Source: Chiloscyllium plagiosum (taxonomy: Eukaryota). Taken from it: 64,000 nucleotides of DNA. Every line of letters begins with the position of its first letter. Within the stretch, counting starts at the first letter, position 1. The stretch covers positions 10,896,617 through 10,960,616 of the forward strand of contig NC_057751.1 of NCBI RefSeq assembly GCF_004010195.1, in the 5' to 3' direction. The notes under the pieces were generated by a model, which did not search any database, was not told the DNA's origin, and saw only the letters and a program-made list of their open reading frames with translations. Below, one piece after another: positions 26,789 to 39,500 of this stretch. A program made the position numbers and the translations under genes.

Positions 26789-27886
26789 CCAAATGGAATA
26801 CGAGGAGAACTAGCCATTTGGATACAGAACTGGCTCAGAGGTAGAAGACAGAGATGGAGGGTTGTTTTTCAGACTGGAGGCCTGTGACCAGTGGAATGTC
26901 ACAAGGATTGGTGTTTGATCCACTACCTCTCATTTATACAAATGATTTGGATGTGAGCATTACAGATATAGTTAATAAGTTTGCAGATGACACCAAAATT
27001 GGAAGTATAGCAGACAGCAAAGAAGGTTATCTCAGATTACAATCTTACAGGGATCTTGATCAGATAGGCCAATAGGCTGAAAATTAGCAGATGGTGTTTA
27101 ACTTAGATAAATGAGAGGTGCTGAAAATCTTAGCAGGACTTATGTGCTTAATGGTAAAGTCCTAGGGAGTGTTGCTGAGACCATGGAGTGCAGGTCCATA
27201 GCTCCTTGAAAGTGGAGTCACAGGTAGATAGGATAGTGAAGAAGGCGTTTGGAATGCTTTCCTTTATTGGTCAGAGCATTGAGTACAGGAGTTGGGAGGT
27301 CATGTTGCAGCTGTACAGGACATTGGTTGGGCCACTGCTGGAATATTGTGTGCAGTTCGGGTCTCTTTCCTATCAGAAAGATGGTGTGAAACTTGAAAGC
27401 GTTCACAGAAGATTTACAAGCATGTTGCCAGGATTGGAGGATTTGAGCTATAGGGAGAGGTTGAATAGACTGGGGCTGTTTTGCCTGGAGTGTCAGAGGC
27501 TGAGGGGTGACCTTATAGAGGTTTGTAAAATCATGAGGGGCATGGATAGGATAAATATACAAAGTCTTTTCCCTGGGGTGGGGGAGTCCAGAACTAGAGG
27601 GCATAGGTTTAGGGTGAGGGGGGAAAGATACAAAAAAGACCTACAGGGCAACGTTTTCACACGGAGGGTGGTACGTGTATAGAATGAGCTGACAGAGAAA
27701 GTGGTGGAGGCTCGTACAATTGCAACATTTAAAAGGCACCTGGATGGGTATATGAATAGGAAGGGTTTGGAGGGATATGGACCGGGTGCTGGCAGGTGGG
27801 ACTAGATTGGGTTGGGATATCTAGTCGGCATGGACAAGTTGGACCTAAGGGTCTGTTTCTGCACTGTACATCTCTACGACTCTATA
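26789..27886 (+). mobile_element. 5'-truncated CR1 LINE
   Basis: VTSGMSQG, NKFADDTKIG, LEYCVQF and RGHRFRVRG, ending in gactctat. Confidence 0.93.
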
Positions 27887-28367
27887 AATGCTTCCTCTCT
27901 TCTGTTAAAAAAAAAATCAGGTGGAAAAGAGGACCTGCACAGATTCTTAGTTGTTATCCCAATTGCAACTTTTCCCTTGCTGCCAGTAGTGACCATGAGT
28001 TTTGTTTCCGATTGCTATTTGAGATACACATATGCTAGCAAAAAATGTTAAGAGACTGGAATTTAGAATACTTCCAGATCTCTAACTGTTGTGCTATCGT
28101 CAAACAAATCTATGTCACTGTCCATATAATGTCATCAATTTTCTTATGGTCTCATATGGCATCACATGCCATATGCCTTCCAAATATATAAAATCAAAAT
28201 CGTTCAGATTCACTGGAGGAGAATCACTCAGGATATAATAATGTGTTGAGTTAGGTTTCTGCTTGAGGACTCATTACACATTTTGAGTCCCATGAAATGT
28301 TCAATCTCACTTACTACAATAGCAGCAATGTTACTACAAATTTACAATCCTCACCACCAACATTAGT

Positions 28368-28684
28368 GGGTGGCACGGTGGCACAGTGGTTAGCACTGCT
28401 GCCTCACAGCGCCAGAGACCCGGGTTCAATTCCTGACTCAGGCGACTGACTGTGTGGAGTTTGCACATTCTCCCCGTGTCTGCGTGGGTTTCCTCCGGGT
28501 GCTCCAGTTTCCTCCCACAGTCCAAAAATGTGCAGGTCAGGTGAATTGGCCATGCTAAATTGCCTGTAGTGTTAGGTAAAAGGGGTAAATGTAGGGGAAT
28601 GCTTTGGGTTGCGCTTCGGCGGGTCGGTGTGGACTTGTTGGGCCGAAGGGCCTGTTTCCACACTGTAAGTAATCTAATCTAATC
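28368..28684 (+). mobile_element. tRNA-derived V-SINE (HE1-like), full length
   Basis: A box TGGCACAGTGG, B box GGTTCAATTCC, V-domain tgtgtggagtttgcacattctccccgtgtctgcgtgggtttcctccgggtgctcc, CR1-like tail and (TAATC)n end. Confidence 0.92.
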
Positions 28685-30966
28685 ACAGCTCCTGCGGACA
28701 AGGTGCACTCTTTCTATTTTCAAGGTATCTTCTGATGAGCAGATAATTATTATTTTAATCCTATAACTGATAAACCTTTAACTATGCTAAATTAAGAATT
28801 TGCATTTGTAATGAACCAGAGATGACAGCTCGGATATCAGAGCATCTGGAAGGGCATAATGTGACAACTAAATCTGATCTGAGGACAAATGGATAATAAT
28901 AGCATGTGTAGGTCACTCTGTTTAAGTAACAGCTTAGTGTAATTAGCTGAAAGATATGGCCAAGCACTCAGAAATGACGAACAAAGTGGCAGGTATGTCA
29001 GTCTGTAAGAACACTTAGCCAAAATGTTTTTCCCTTACATAGCAGATTTTAATGTAAGAAAGTTCTCGATATATTTCGGAAAGATGCTGAAATGGTTAGG
29101 ATCTGCCTTCAGTTCTCTGTGACTACTGACATAAAGAGCTGCTTGCTTGGGTCGTCATGAAAATGCAGCACTCTGACTCAAAGCATCAATCTGGGAAAGG
29201 AACGCAATGTTCTCTTTCATCTGTGTAGTTCCCATATTGGAAGATCCTGGTTAATAAGTTGGCAGAACAATTTTGTGCATTTCACATGAGTACTGAAGTG
29301 AACCGACGATGGTTTACTTTGAAGAAGGCTGATCTGATTGGAACAGGAATTGTTATGAGGTACTTATGTAGTGTGTATTATTCAATGAATGGCACCTTTT
29401 CTTTTAAAGGCCTTTTAATTCTTGTTACAGAAATAATGAAACCAAAAGGTGTTCAAAATATATATTTTGTGTGTATTTAATTTACTTTATCATGCATTTT
29501 CCTGCTTTCTGTTTTTTTATAATGTTTGGTCTGAGTAAATTTGTTGCACTAACAAGAAATTCTGTCACCACAGAACAGTTGGTGAAAAAATCTGTTATAG
29601 ATCTGAATGAGCATCATTCAAATATGGATTGTGGCAAAATGGCTTCATGAAATGGAGATTTTTCTTTCGTCACATTTCAGACATTTTTCCAGACCATTCC
29701 TTGTCCATTCTAATGTTTCCTCAGCTGTCGAGGTTCTGCAAACTCAGCAGCTTTCATATTTTTTTCAAATCTATAACAGATCATACTAAAATTTTAAAAA
29801 AAAATTGCTGCAAAAGCACAATAGGTCTAACAGAAATAAGAGTGAAAAAAACATGTTAATGTTCCTTATAGAATAGTTGATATAGCTGCAGCCAAAAATA
29901 TCACATCCTCTCAGTGCTTTTATCTCTGAAACAGTTGTGTCTGAGGCAAGCATACAATGCTTTGACTTTTTTTCCTTTAATTTCTCTTGAAGAAATATCC
30001 TCCTAGTTTGTCAACCTTGCCGAAAGTTTTTGGAATGGCAACTTGTGATAGCTCCTGGTGCTAACTCCCTATCCTCTTGCCAAGTTATGGATATTTGATT
30101 CAATTATAGTAGGCTCACTCACATTTCCTGTTCAGACACCACCAAATTCACACTGCGTGCATCTAGAAACCTTGGCCTTTCGTATTATGCTGCATTTGCC
30201 AATCAGAGAAGTGCACTTGATCCTGCCCTGCTTTCGTAAGAGAAAGAACATTTTCAAATACACCTAATAGATCTGGTTCGGATACAACTTCACAGGCATC
30301 TGTCAAGCTCTGGGAATTCACTGACCTGTTATTTCGCATGTGAGAGCATTTGTACGTTCTTCAGTCTTCAGATTATGCCATCGATACCATTTGCCTGATG
30401 TGCATCAGTGGATATTTCCAGAAGAGGCAGGTGTTCCCTTCCCAGCTGAAGTACGGAGCCCAGTTTCTTGTCTGTTATAACTACTGCAGCTGCACCAAGT
30501 TTCATTTCAGAGAAACAGTGAGACCTGTAAATGTTCTGTTTATTGTTTTATGGACGATGGTGGGGATGGAATGGAGATATGGACATCAGTTGGTATGGTT
30601 TGCGTTTACTGCTTATGCCTCATTGTCTTGAGAAAGCTTGAAGTCCTAGTTCTTTCTAAAGTATATTCTACATAACACTCCTAATGTGCAGTGTCTCAGA
30701 AAAGGAACTGATCCATCATAAATGAAACCGTTCTCAAATGCATTTATTCTCCTTTTGGTCCCCAGTGGAAACAATGCCCTTTTCCATTTAAACTTTGGAT
30801 TTTAAAGGTTGATTTGTGGTTTTGCTTTTAAATGTTTTCCTAAACTTGCTGCATTTTCATGGATTTAAAATAAGTTAACTGGAAGGAAGAAAACAGAATT
30901 GCAATTACACCCAAAAACAAAACAGCTTTAAAAAGACAACTTGTTGGAATTGTGATGTTACTGAAT

Positions 30967-31061
30967 GAGCTGAAAATGTGTTGCTGGAAAAGCGCAGCAG
31001 GTCAGGCAGCATCCAGGGAACAGGAGAATCGACGTTTCGGGCATAAGCCCTTCTTCAGGAA
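30967..31061 (-). mobile_element. PLE family A short element with intact hammerhead core
   Basis: Essentially identical to 20049-20143; core at 31058-31031. Confidence 0.8.
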
Positions 31062-31170
31062 ACTGAATGGCTGAGCAGGCCTGAGGGGCTAAGAAGCCTA
31101 CTTCTGTTCCTAATTTGAGAGTTCAGATATGAAGTAAGTCACTTTTATTCATTTATTGTTTCTTTGAAAG

Positions 31171-31191
31171 GAATGAATGTAGAATCATCAG
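31171..31191 (+). CDS. Candidate CAMK2B microexon (21 nt, or 9 nt from 31183)
   Basis: Consensus CAG|GTAAGT donor and an upstream U-rich tract. Two AG acceptors both give frame-preserving lengths. No homology support. Confidence 0.4.
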
Positions 31192-33829
31192 GTAAGTTAA
31201 TATCTTCGAACACTAGTATGGATTAAATGAAACACTTGATAATTTTCTGGATAATGTGGGACAGTTCAGGAGCAAAGACAGAGCGTATCTCTCTAATTTG
31301 AAATGGACACCAAATTAGCCAAATCTTAAATGGATATCTTAAATTCAGTTACTCTGGGTCACACTTCAATTGCACCAGTGGACTCATGGTTTAATTCCTG
31401 GACTGCCTGAAATTCCTTGGTAGAGAAAACGGTTTCAATATGAATTGAATGGAGAGGAGTTCCTGCAAGAGCTGGGTAAAGGGGTCATTACGAGGAAGAG
31501 GAATGCCAGAGCCAAGTATGGGCAGAGGAGGAAGAAAATGGGAGAAGGCGATGAGTTGCCTCTACCACCAATCAAAACTTTATACTCTTTTGATTCTTGT
31601 CGAGACAAATAGGAAGGCTCCACCTGAAGGTGGAAATTCTCTTTCTTGAGGATAGGAGGGAAAATCTTGTTTTTTCTTGCAAACACAATTGCAAGTAGCT
31701 GCTGGGGACATAGAAATTCATCTGCTTCTCCATATGGTGAATGATGACTTTCAGAACTCCTTTCCTTGCTAGCTGAGGTTCTATTCCTTATGATCTCGCT
31801 GCTCCATTGCACACTTCACAATCTAGCTTTGTTTTAGAGAAAGTCAGTAGATGATATCTCATGCATTCTTTCCCAATGAACTGAGCTGGGTTCAGGATCT
31901 TCTTCTCCTTCATGTCGTATCTACTCACCACCACCCCCTCCTCTTTCTATTCCCCAGCCATGGTTGATAACCGATGCTTCAACCTATAACCTTAAATTTA
32001 TGAACAACAGATTTGCAGAAATGCCTGCAAGTTATGCCTCAAGTTCTATCTGTGGTAGCAACAGAAGGTTGGGTATACCTACTCAGCTGATACCGCACTA
32101 TAATCTTAGTATGAATGAAAAAAGTATTTTTTGATACTTTGAGAGCTTGAGAACAATCACAAACAAAACTATCATTGCCTTGAGCTATATGCTGATGTTG
32201 TTCATTTTTTAGGGAATATGTCAAGCTGCTTTTAACGGGTCAGATCCATACGAGTGCCACTATTTGCCAAGTACAGCCGCCAATGACAAATGTGGATGTA
32301 ATGGAAAATTTTATTTGTCTTACTTAAAGTTGTTTTCACTAGACCATTTGGGCTTCCAGACTTGGCAAGCTGTACATTTAGCTCACAGTCTGCTGTGCAT
32401 GGCCGAGGCTTGGAGATTTAGCAGCTGATGTTAAATATAAAATCTTAAGTTGTCAAAAGTGACCCATTGAACTTCAAATACATAGATTCAAAGATTTGCA
32501 GAACTGCTGTGCTCCATCTGTGTTCTGTTGTTCGAAATAGTCTTGGACATGTTCCATTATCCAGATCTCAAGCTGATGAGAGCTTCATCTCAACAGAGCC
32601 AAGATGCGACCATGTGCTATTGTATTTGAAAATTCCAAATCAGGCTGGAAGATAAAAGGTGTGTTGTATTTGTGGAGTCTCTCATGCTGTGATTAACTTG
32701 ACTGAACGTTGTTTTGTGCCATTTCATATAATTTTGACAATTTCAGTCTCAGGTACTCACAGCTAATAAACTTAGACATTGGTGTATTGATGTGACATTA
32801 GATAAGGTTTTCAAAATATAAATGTTCAACTTTATTACACCTGTGGGCACATAAAGTTTGTCAATGTAATACTGAAGGGACCTGATTATTTTTCTCCTTG
32901 AATGAAATTGAACTAGAATGAAACAGCCCAAAATTGATGAGAATTAATCAGTTGTTGTTGTCACAAAGCATGGGTGAGAGATCTATTGTCATGCGAGTAT
33001 GAAGGAGTGTTTAGTTTTATGAGCAAGGATTTTGATGCTCTCAGTCAGACCACAGAGTTTACTGTGTTCTCTGTCTCCAAGGAACATTCCAATATGTGAG
33101 GAGCATAGAATTTCATCTTTTTCCATTGTGACATGCTTAAAACTTTTCTGCCTGTGATGATTGAGCAATGTCATGGGGGGAGTGTATTCTGTTGTCAACA
33201 TTACTTACAATTTCAAAGATCTAGTTATAAAATGATCTTGGGGTGAATTTGGATACTTTCAGAAATCTATCGATGAAGTGTGTTTAAGCATGTCGACTTC
33301 TGTAAGCCCTACCTTTGGCATGATGTGTCATTTCAGAAAAAATGGGTTTAAATAATATTTCCAGTCAGAGGGTAATGACTGACTGTTCAGAGGAAAGCAC
33401 TGTAAAACTATGAATAAGTATAATCTTAAACCAACCAAATCTTTCTCTCCAAGTGACAAGACTTCATAAGGTCTGGGATACTGTCTCTGAATTATTCACA
33501 TATTATTTTCTATTGCTTCGTTTTAAAATTCTCAGACCATCACTGATACTGCATTTTGTGTTGAAATGCAATGTATGACTGTTAAACACAGCAATTCACA
33601 CACATTTTGCATTGTTACCTTATCAAATCAAGGAAGCCTCTTAGGAACCGTTTCATTGACAGCAACGAACCCAATTTGTGTTCAGTGCTAACAGCTACTA
33701 TTTCAAGTGGCGGAGGTTTCAGGTACCCTTCTTGAATAACAACAAAACAGTTTATAGCTTAAAAGTGCAAGCACTACATACATTAAGCAGTTTCAATTAA
33801 AGGTTAGGCACAGCCAATGATGCATCTTG

Positions 33830-34500
33830 TTCACGGACTCTAGGAACGTTGCTTGAAGTATTGTCTCTTGTGTGTTATATGTCTTCTCTTTTGCAAACAA
33901 ACAACTCGAAGGACATCACATTTCGAAGAGTCGCAAGTCTTAAGTAATTACCGTACTTTCACGAAAACAACCTGCAGGGTATATCTTAAAACGTATTCCA
34001 AAGGCAATGTGGCTTATATTCGTGGGCGGGTTATATGTGCGACTTTTTTTGCAGATGGCTGGCCAACTTCGGTCTTCCTACAGGTAAGAGGTAAGTTATT
34101 GCAAAAGTGGAGATGGCTAACATTTTAAACTGTTTGTGTGAACAAGGGAATTAGCTGTCTTCGCGTGATTATGAATGGGTTTAAATCTTTATGTACATGG
34201 ATGAGAGGGTAGTTTTATCAGGTATTGTACAGGGCCATTTTGACGTGGGATCGATTCATTGTGCGGAATTACACGTTTTATTTTGTTCTCAGAAGCACAT
34301 TATAATAATGCTAATTAGGTTACAGCCCAGGTTTTTTTTCGTGAAATTACGGTAACAATCCAAAATACAAGTTTTAAGTTAATTGTAAAAGTTAGTATCA
34401 CCAGCTATTCTCGGCACCAATTTTATTTCGCTACGTAAGAAAGTGAATTACTGTAAATGGGAATTGATACCATTAAGCAGGGAATCAAACTGCGAATTTT
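33830..34500. promoter_or_regulatory. AT-rich, CpG-undepleted intragenic patch (possible internal promoter or enhancer)
   Basis: About two dozen CpGs by eye in ~670 bp of non-repetitive DNA. GGGCGG at 34024 and TGACGT at 34241. Confidence 0.45.
34055..34090 (+). CDS. Candidate 36-nt phase 1-1 exon (xGWPTSVFLQVR)
   Basis: tttttttgcag| acceptor and GAG|GTAAGT donor, with a competing CAG|GTAAGA donor at 34084. No homology support. Confidence 0.3.
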
Positions 34501-34567
34501 TTGTCCCCAAATAGTGATGACATTTGATGGTATCAGATGTCCCATTTTCTTCTTTTTATTTTTCCAG

Positions 34568-34643
34568 CTCGCAAGCAAGAAATCATCAAGTTAACTGAGC
34601 AGCTGATCGAAGCCATCAACAACGGAGACTTTGAAGCTTATGC
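34568..34643 (+). CDS. CAMK2B: CaMKII beta association (hub) domain exon 1: [26 protein letters not shown]
   Basis: Recognisable CaMKII sequence with AG/GT boundaries; 76 nt. Confidence 0.97.
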
Positions 34644-34729
34644 GTAAGTGAAAAGAATATCTTTTCCACTCATAAACACTTTGTAACTGTTCCGTTCTCA
34701 ACATCTCTATTCTAGGGATATTTAAGGCA

Positions 34730-35365
34730 AGTAATTATCAAACCAAACAGGTGACAAGTGCCAAGAATTGACCCATCACCCCTTCACATGATCATCATTG
34801 AATCCCCCACTGTCAACATCCTGGGAGGTTGCCATCAACTAAAAACTGAACTGGACTCACCATATAAATCCAGTGGTTACAAGAGCAGGTCATAGGCTAG
34901 GAATACTGTTGCAAGTAGCTGAGTCCTAACTCCCCAGAGCCTATCCACCATAGACCAGGCACAAGTAAGAAGTGAAATGTGTGATGGAACAATCCCAGTT
35001 GAGTGCAACTCCAACATTGCTTAAGAAGCTTGACAGTCTCCACGACAAAACATCCTGCTTAATTGGCACCACATCCACCTCCTTTCCCCTAATCACCAAT
35101 GCCTCATGAAGGCTCCTTCAACACTACTTTCCAAACTCACAACCTAAATGAGCCAGCAGGATCCAAGCAACAGATGCATGGAAACAGGTTCAATTGCAAG
35201 TTCCTCTCCAAGCCATACACCATCCTGACTTGTCCTTTACTGTGGCTGGGTCAAAGGCTTGGAATTTAAACAACATAAAGAGTGTAACTATGCTCCAAGG
35301 ACTGCAGCGAGTGTCTCACCATCATTTATTCAAGTTCAGTTTAGATGGGCAAAAAATGCTAGTGA
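34730..35365 (+). mobile_element. L2/CR1-group LINE 3' fragment
   Basis: Homologous to 18663-19510 in the opposite orientation. Confidence 0.75.
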
Positions 35366-35740
35366 TTTTCTCCCCAAATAAATTTTTCGGAAGGTAAAAT
35401 TTTAAAAGTTTCCATGATAGTCTGGATACTTCCGAAATGTCTCTCATTTAGTATAGATTTTTAAAGTGTAACCTGTACAGTGGTGAGAAACATTCTCTTG
35501 AAGCTTGGACTTGGTACCTGAAGTCTCCTCCTAATTTGTGTTGCAAAGATTTTTCAGCTTTGATATGGACAAGATTGCAAATTGCATCCTTATGAATTTT
35601 GATACCACACAACAACCATTCTACGCAGGTTTTTCCCCACAGCTTGGTCCTAAACAATTGCATTTCAGACCTCAGTGGAAGTAACAGACCACTTGTGTAA
35701 TTTGTCATCCCTGGTCATACTGAGAAATTCCACTTCCTGA

Positions 35741-36016
<276 letters not shown>

Positions 36017-36052
36017 TGACGGTTCCTATAATCAGTACATATTTGATAGTAT

Positions 36053-36550
36053 TGTTACAACATGGTGATAAAACCTTCTGCTAATTAAACCAAACACACA
36101 GCAAAGCTCATATCGCCTCATAATCTGTTACAGTATGAGTGACGGAGAGCTCCCCAAATTCCAAAAATATCAATTTTATTCTGTAAAAGTAAACATTAAA
36201 CAACAAGTATTTGCAACTCTAAGCCTCCTTTCTCTTAAAGGTTTGTTATCTACCTCCAACTCTGTAACAATATATTGATTCAATAAAAGTCCCTCTTAAA
36301 ATTACATCAACTTAATCTTCAAAACTACACAGTGGCTGTCATTGTCAGAGTCTGTCTCCTTTTGGCTGTAGATCTCCCTGGATCTTTTTTCAGTCTTTTG
36401 CTGCAAAGATGTTTCATAAGAAAAAGGTACCTTTGATAGTGTTTTGCTGGTAGTTACTCTGACGATGGCAGTTGCTCGCTCTCTGGCTAACTCTCAAAAT
36501 GCCTGCTTCTTTATACCTCAAACATTGGATTGTCTCATTGGTTCAATATC
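36053..36550. mobile_element. First part of an LTR-like element split by a CR1 insertion
   Basis: Starts TGTTAC and is collinear with 11946-12280; continues at ~40311. Confidence 0.7.
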
Positions 36551-39500
36551 GTCATAGAGAGGGGCAGTACAGAAACAGACCCTTCCATCTAACTTGTCCA
36601 TGCCGACCAAGGGAGTGTTGAACAAAGAGACCTTGGAGCGCTAGTCCCGTTTGCCAACACTTGGCCCATATCCCTCTTAATCCTTCCTATTCATATACCC
36701 ATCCAGATGCCTTTTAAATGCTGCAGTTGTACCAGCCTCCACAACTTCCTCTGGCACCTCATCCCAGACATGCATCATCCTCTGTGTGAAATAGCTGCCC
36801 CTTAGGTCCCTTTTATATCTTTCCCCTCTCACCCTAAACTAATGTGCTCTAGTTTTGGACAACCTCACCCCAGTAAAAAAACTTTATCTATTTATCCTAT
36901 CCATGTTCCTCATGACTTTATAAACCTCTATAAGATTGATCCTCAGCCTCTGACGCTCCAGGGAAAACAGACCGAGCCTATTCAGACTTTCCCTATAGCT
37001 CAAATCCTCCAACTTGGCAACATCCTTATAAATCTTCTGTGAACCCTTTCAAGTTTCACAACACCCTTCCGATCAGGAGACCAGAATTGCATGCAATATT
37101 CCAAAAGTGACCTAACCGACGTCCTGTACGGCCGCAATATAACCTGTCAACTCCTTTAGTCACTGCTCTGACCAATAAAGGAAAGCATCCCAAATGCCTT
37201 CTTCACTTCCTTTCTACCTGTAACTCTACTTTGAAGGAGCTGTGAACCTGCACTCCAAGGTCTCTTTGTTCAACACTCCCTTGGATACCCGAGGACCATT
37301 AGGGATATAAGTCTTGCTAAGGTTCGGTTTTGCAAAATGCAACACCTCACGTTTATCTAAATTAAACTCCATCTGCCACTTCTCAGCCCATTGGCCCATC
37401 TGATCAAGATCCCATTGTAATCTGAGGTAACCTTCTTCGCTGTCAACTGCACTTAAAATTTTGGTGTAGTCTGCAAACATACTAACTATACTTCCTATGT
37501 TCACACCTAAATCGTTTAGAAAAATGACAAAAAGTAGCAGAACCAGCACCGATCCTTGTGGCATTCCACTGGTCACAGGTCGAAGCAACTTCCACCACCA
37601 CCCTCTGTCTTCCACCTTCGAGCCAGTTCTGTATCCAAATGGCTAGTTCGCTTTGTATTCCATGAGTTCGAACCTTATTTAAGTCCATAAAGATCACGTC
37701 CACCGTGATTTCCCACGCACAAAGCCATGTTGACTATCCCTAATCACTCCTTGCCTTTCCAAATACATGTACATCCTGTCCCTCAGGATTCCCTCCAACA
37801 ACTTGCCCACCACCCAGTGTTGGGCTCACCAATCTATACTTCCCTGGCTTGTCCTTTCTTAAGTACCACGTTAGCCAACCTCCAGTATTTCAGCATCTCA
37901 CCTGTGGCTATCGATGATACAAATATCTCAGCAAAGGACCCAGCACTCAGTTCCCAAGCGTCCCACAGAGTGCTAGGGTACACCTGATCAGGTCCTGGGG
38001 ATTTATTAACCTTTATGTATTTCAAGACATCCAGCACCACCCACCTCCTCAGTAAATATGGACATTTTTTGAGATGTCACCATCTATTTCTCCACATTCT
38101 ATATCTTCCATGTCCTTCTCCATAGTAAAACCTGATGCAAAATACTCCTGCAGTTCCACACAAAAGCCAACTGCTGATCTTTGAGGGGCCTTATTCTCTC
38201 CCTACTTAATCTTTTGTCCTTAATGTATTTATAAAAATCCTGTGGATTCTCTTTAACCCAGTTTGCCAAAGCCATCGCACGTTCCCTTTATGCCTTCCGG
38301 ATCTCCCTCTTAAGTGTCCTCCTACTGCCTTTATACTCTAAGGATTCACTCTGATCTCACCTGACATATGCTTTCTTCTTTTTCTTCTACCAAAGCCTCA
38401 ATTTCTCTCATCATCCAGAATTCCCCACACCTACCAGCCTTTCTTTCCAACCTAACATACTGTCTCTGGACTCTCATTATCTCATTTCTGAAGGCTTCCC
38501 ATTTCCCTTTACCTGCAGATATCTGCTCCCAGTCAGCTTTTGAATGTTCTTGCCTAATACCATCAAAATTAGCCTTCCTCCAATTTAGAACTTCAACTTT
38601 TAGGTCCAGTCTATCCTTTTCCATCACTATTTGAAAACTAATAGAATAATGGTCACTGGAGTGCTCCCCCACTGACTCCTCAGTCACCTGCCCTGCCTTA
38701 TTTCCCAAGAGTATATCAAGTTTTACACCTTTGCTAGTGGGTACATCCACATACTGAATCAGAAAATTTTCTTGTACATAATTAACAAATTCCCTCCGTC
38801 GACACCCTTAACATTATGGCAGTCCCAATCTGTTTAGAAAGTTAAAATCCCCTACCATAACCACCCTATTATTCTTACAGATAACTGAAATCTACTTAAA
38901 AGTTTTTCTCATCATTTCCCACAGACTATCAGAGGGTCTACAATGCAATCCCAATAAGGTGATGATCCCTTTCTTATTTCTTAGTTCTAACCAAATAACT
39001 TCTCTGGATATATTCCCAGGAGTATCCCCCCACTAAGTATTCGCTGTAATACTATCTCTTATTAAAAATGCCACTCCTCCTCCTCTTTTGCCCCCTTTTC
39101 TATCCTTCCTGTAGTATCCTGGAACATTCAGCTGCCAGTCCTATCATCCCTGAATCACATTTCTGTAATTGCTATGATATCCAGTCCCATGTTCCTAACC
39201 ATGCCCTGAGTTCATCTGCCTTCCCTGTTAGGCCCCTCGCATTGAAGTAAATATAGCTTATGAGCCCTACCTTGTTCTCTGTTTAGTTCCTGCCTGCCCT
39301 GACTGTTTGAGTCGCTTCTGACAATCAGTTTCAGATTGATCTCTTTCCTCGCAGTCACCCTGGGTCTCCATCCCACCCCCACCTTTTCAGTTTAAATCCT
39401 CGCCAGCACCTCTAGCAAATCTCCCTGCCAGTATATTAGGTGCAATCCATCCTCCTTGTACACGTCACTTCTACCCCAGAAGAGGTTCTAGTGATCCAAC

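Noticed and set aside
28368..28445. tRNA-like A and B boxes
   Set aside because: Head of a V-SINE, not a tRNA gene.
7141..32598. Exact 15-mer ttcatctcaacagag at 7141 and 32584, acceptor-like
   Set aside because: A 15-mer match is expected by chance in 64 kb of AT-rich DNA, and the downstream frames hit stops without a suitable donor.
32573..32610. CTGATGAG hammerhead-like start
   Set aside because: No stem II followed by GAAA.
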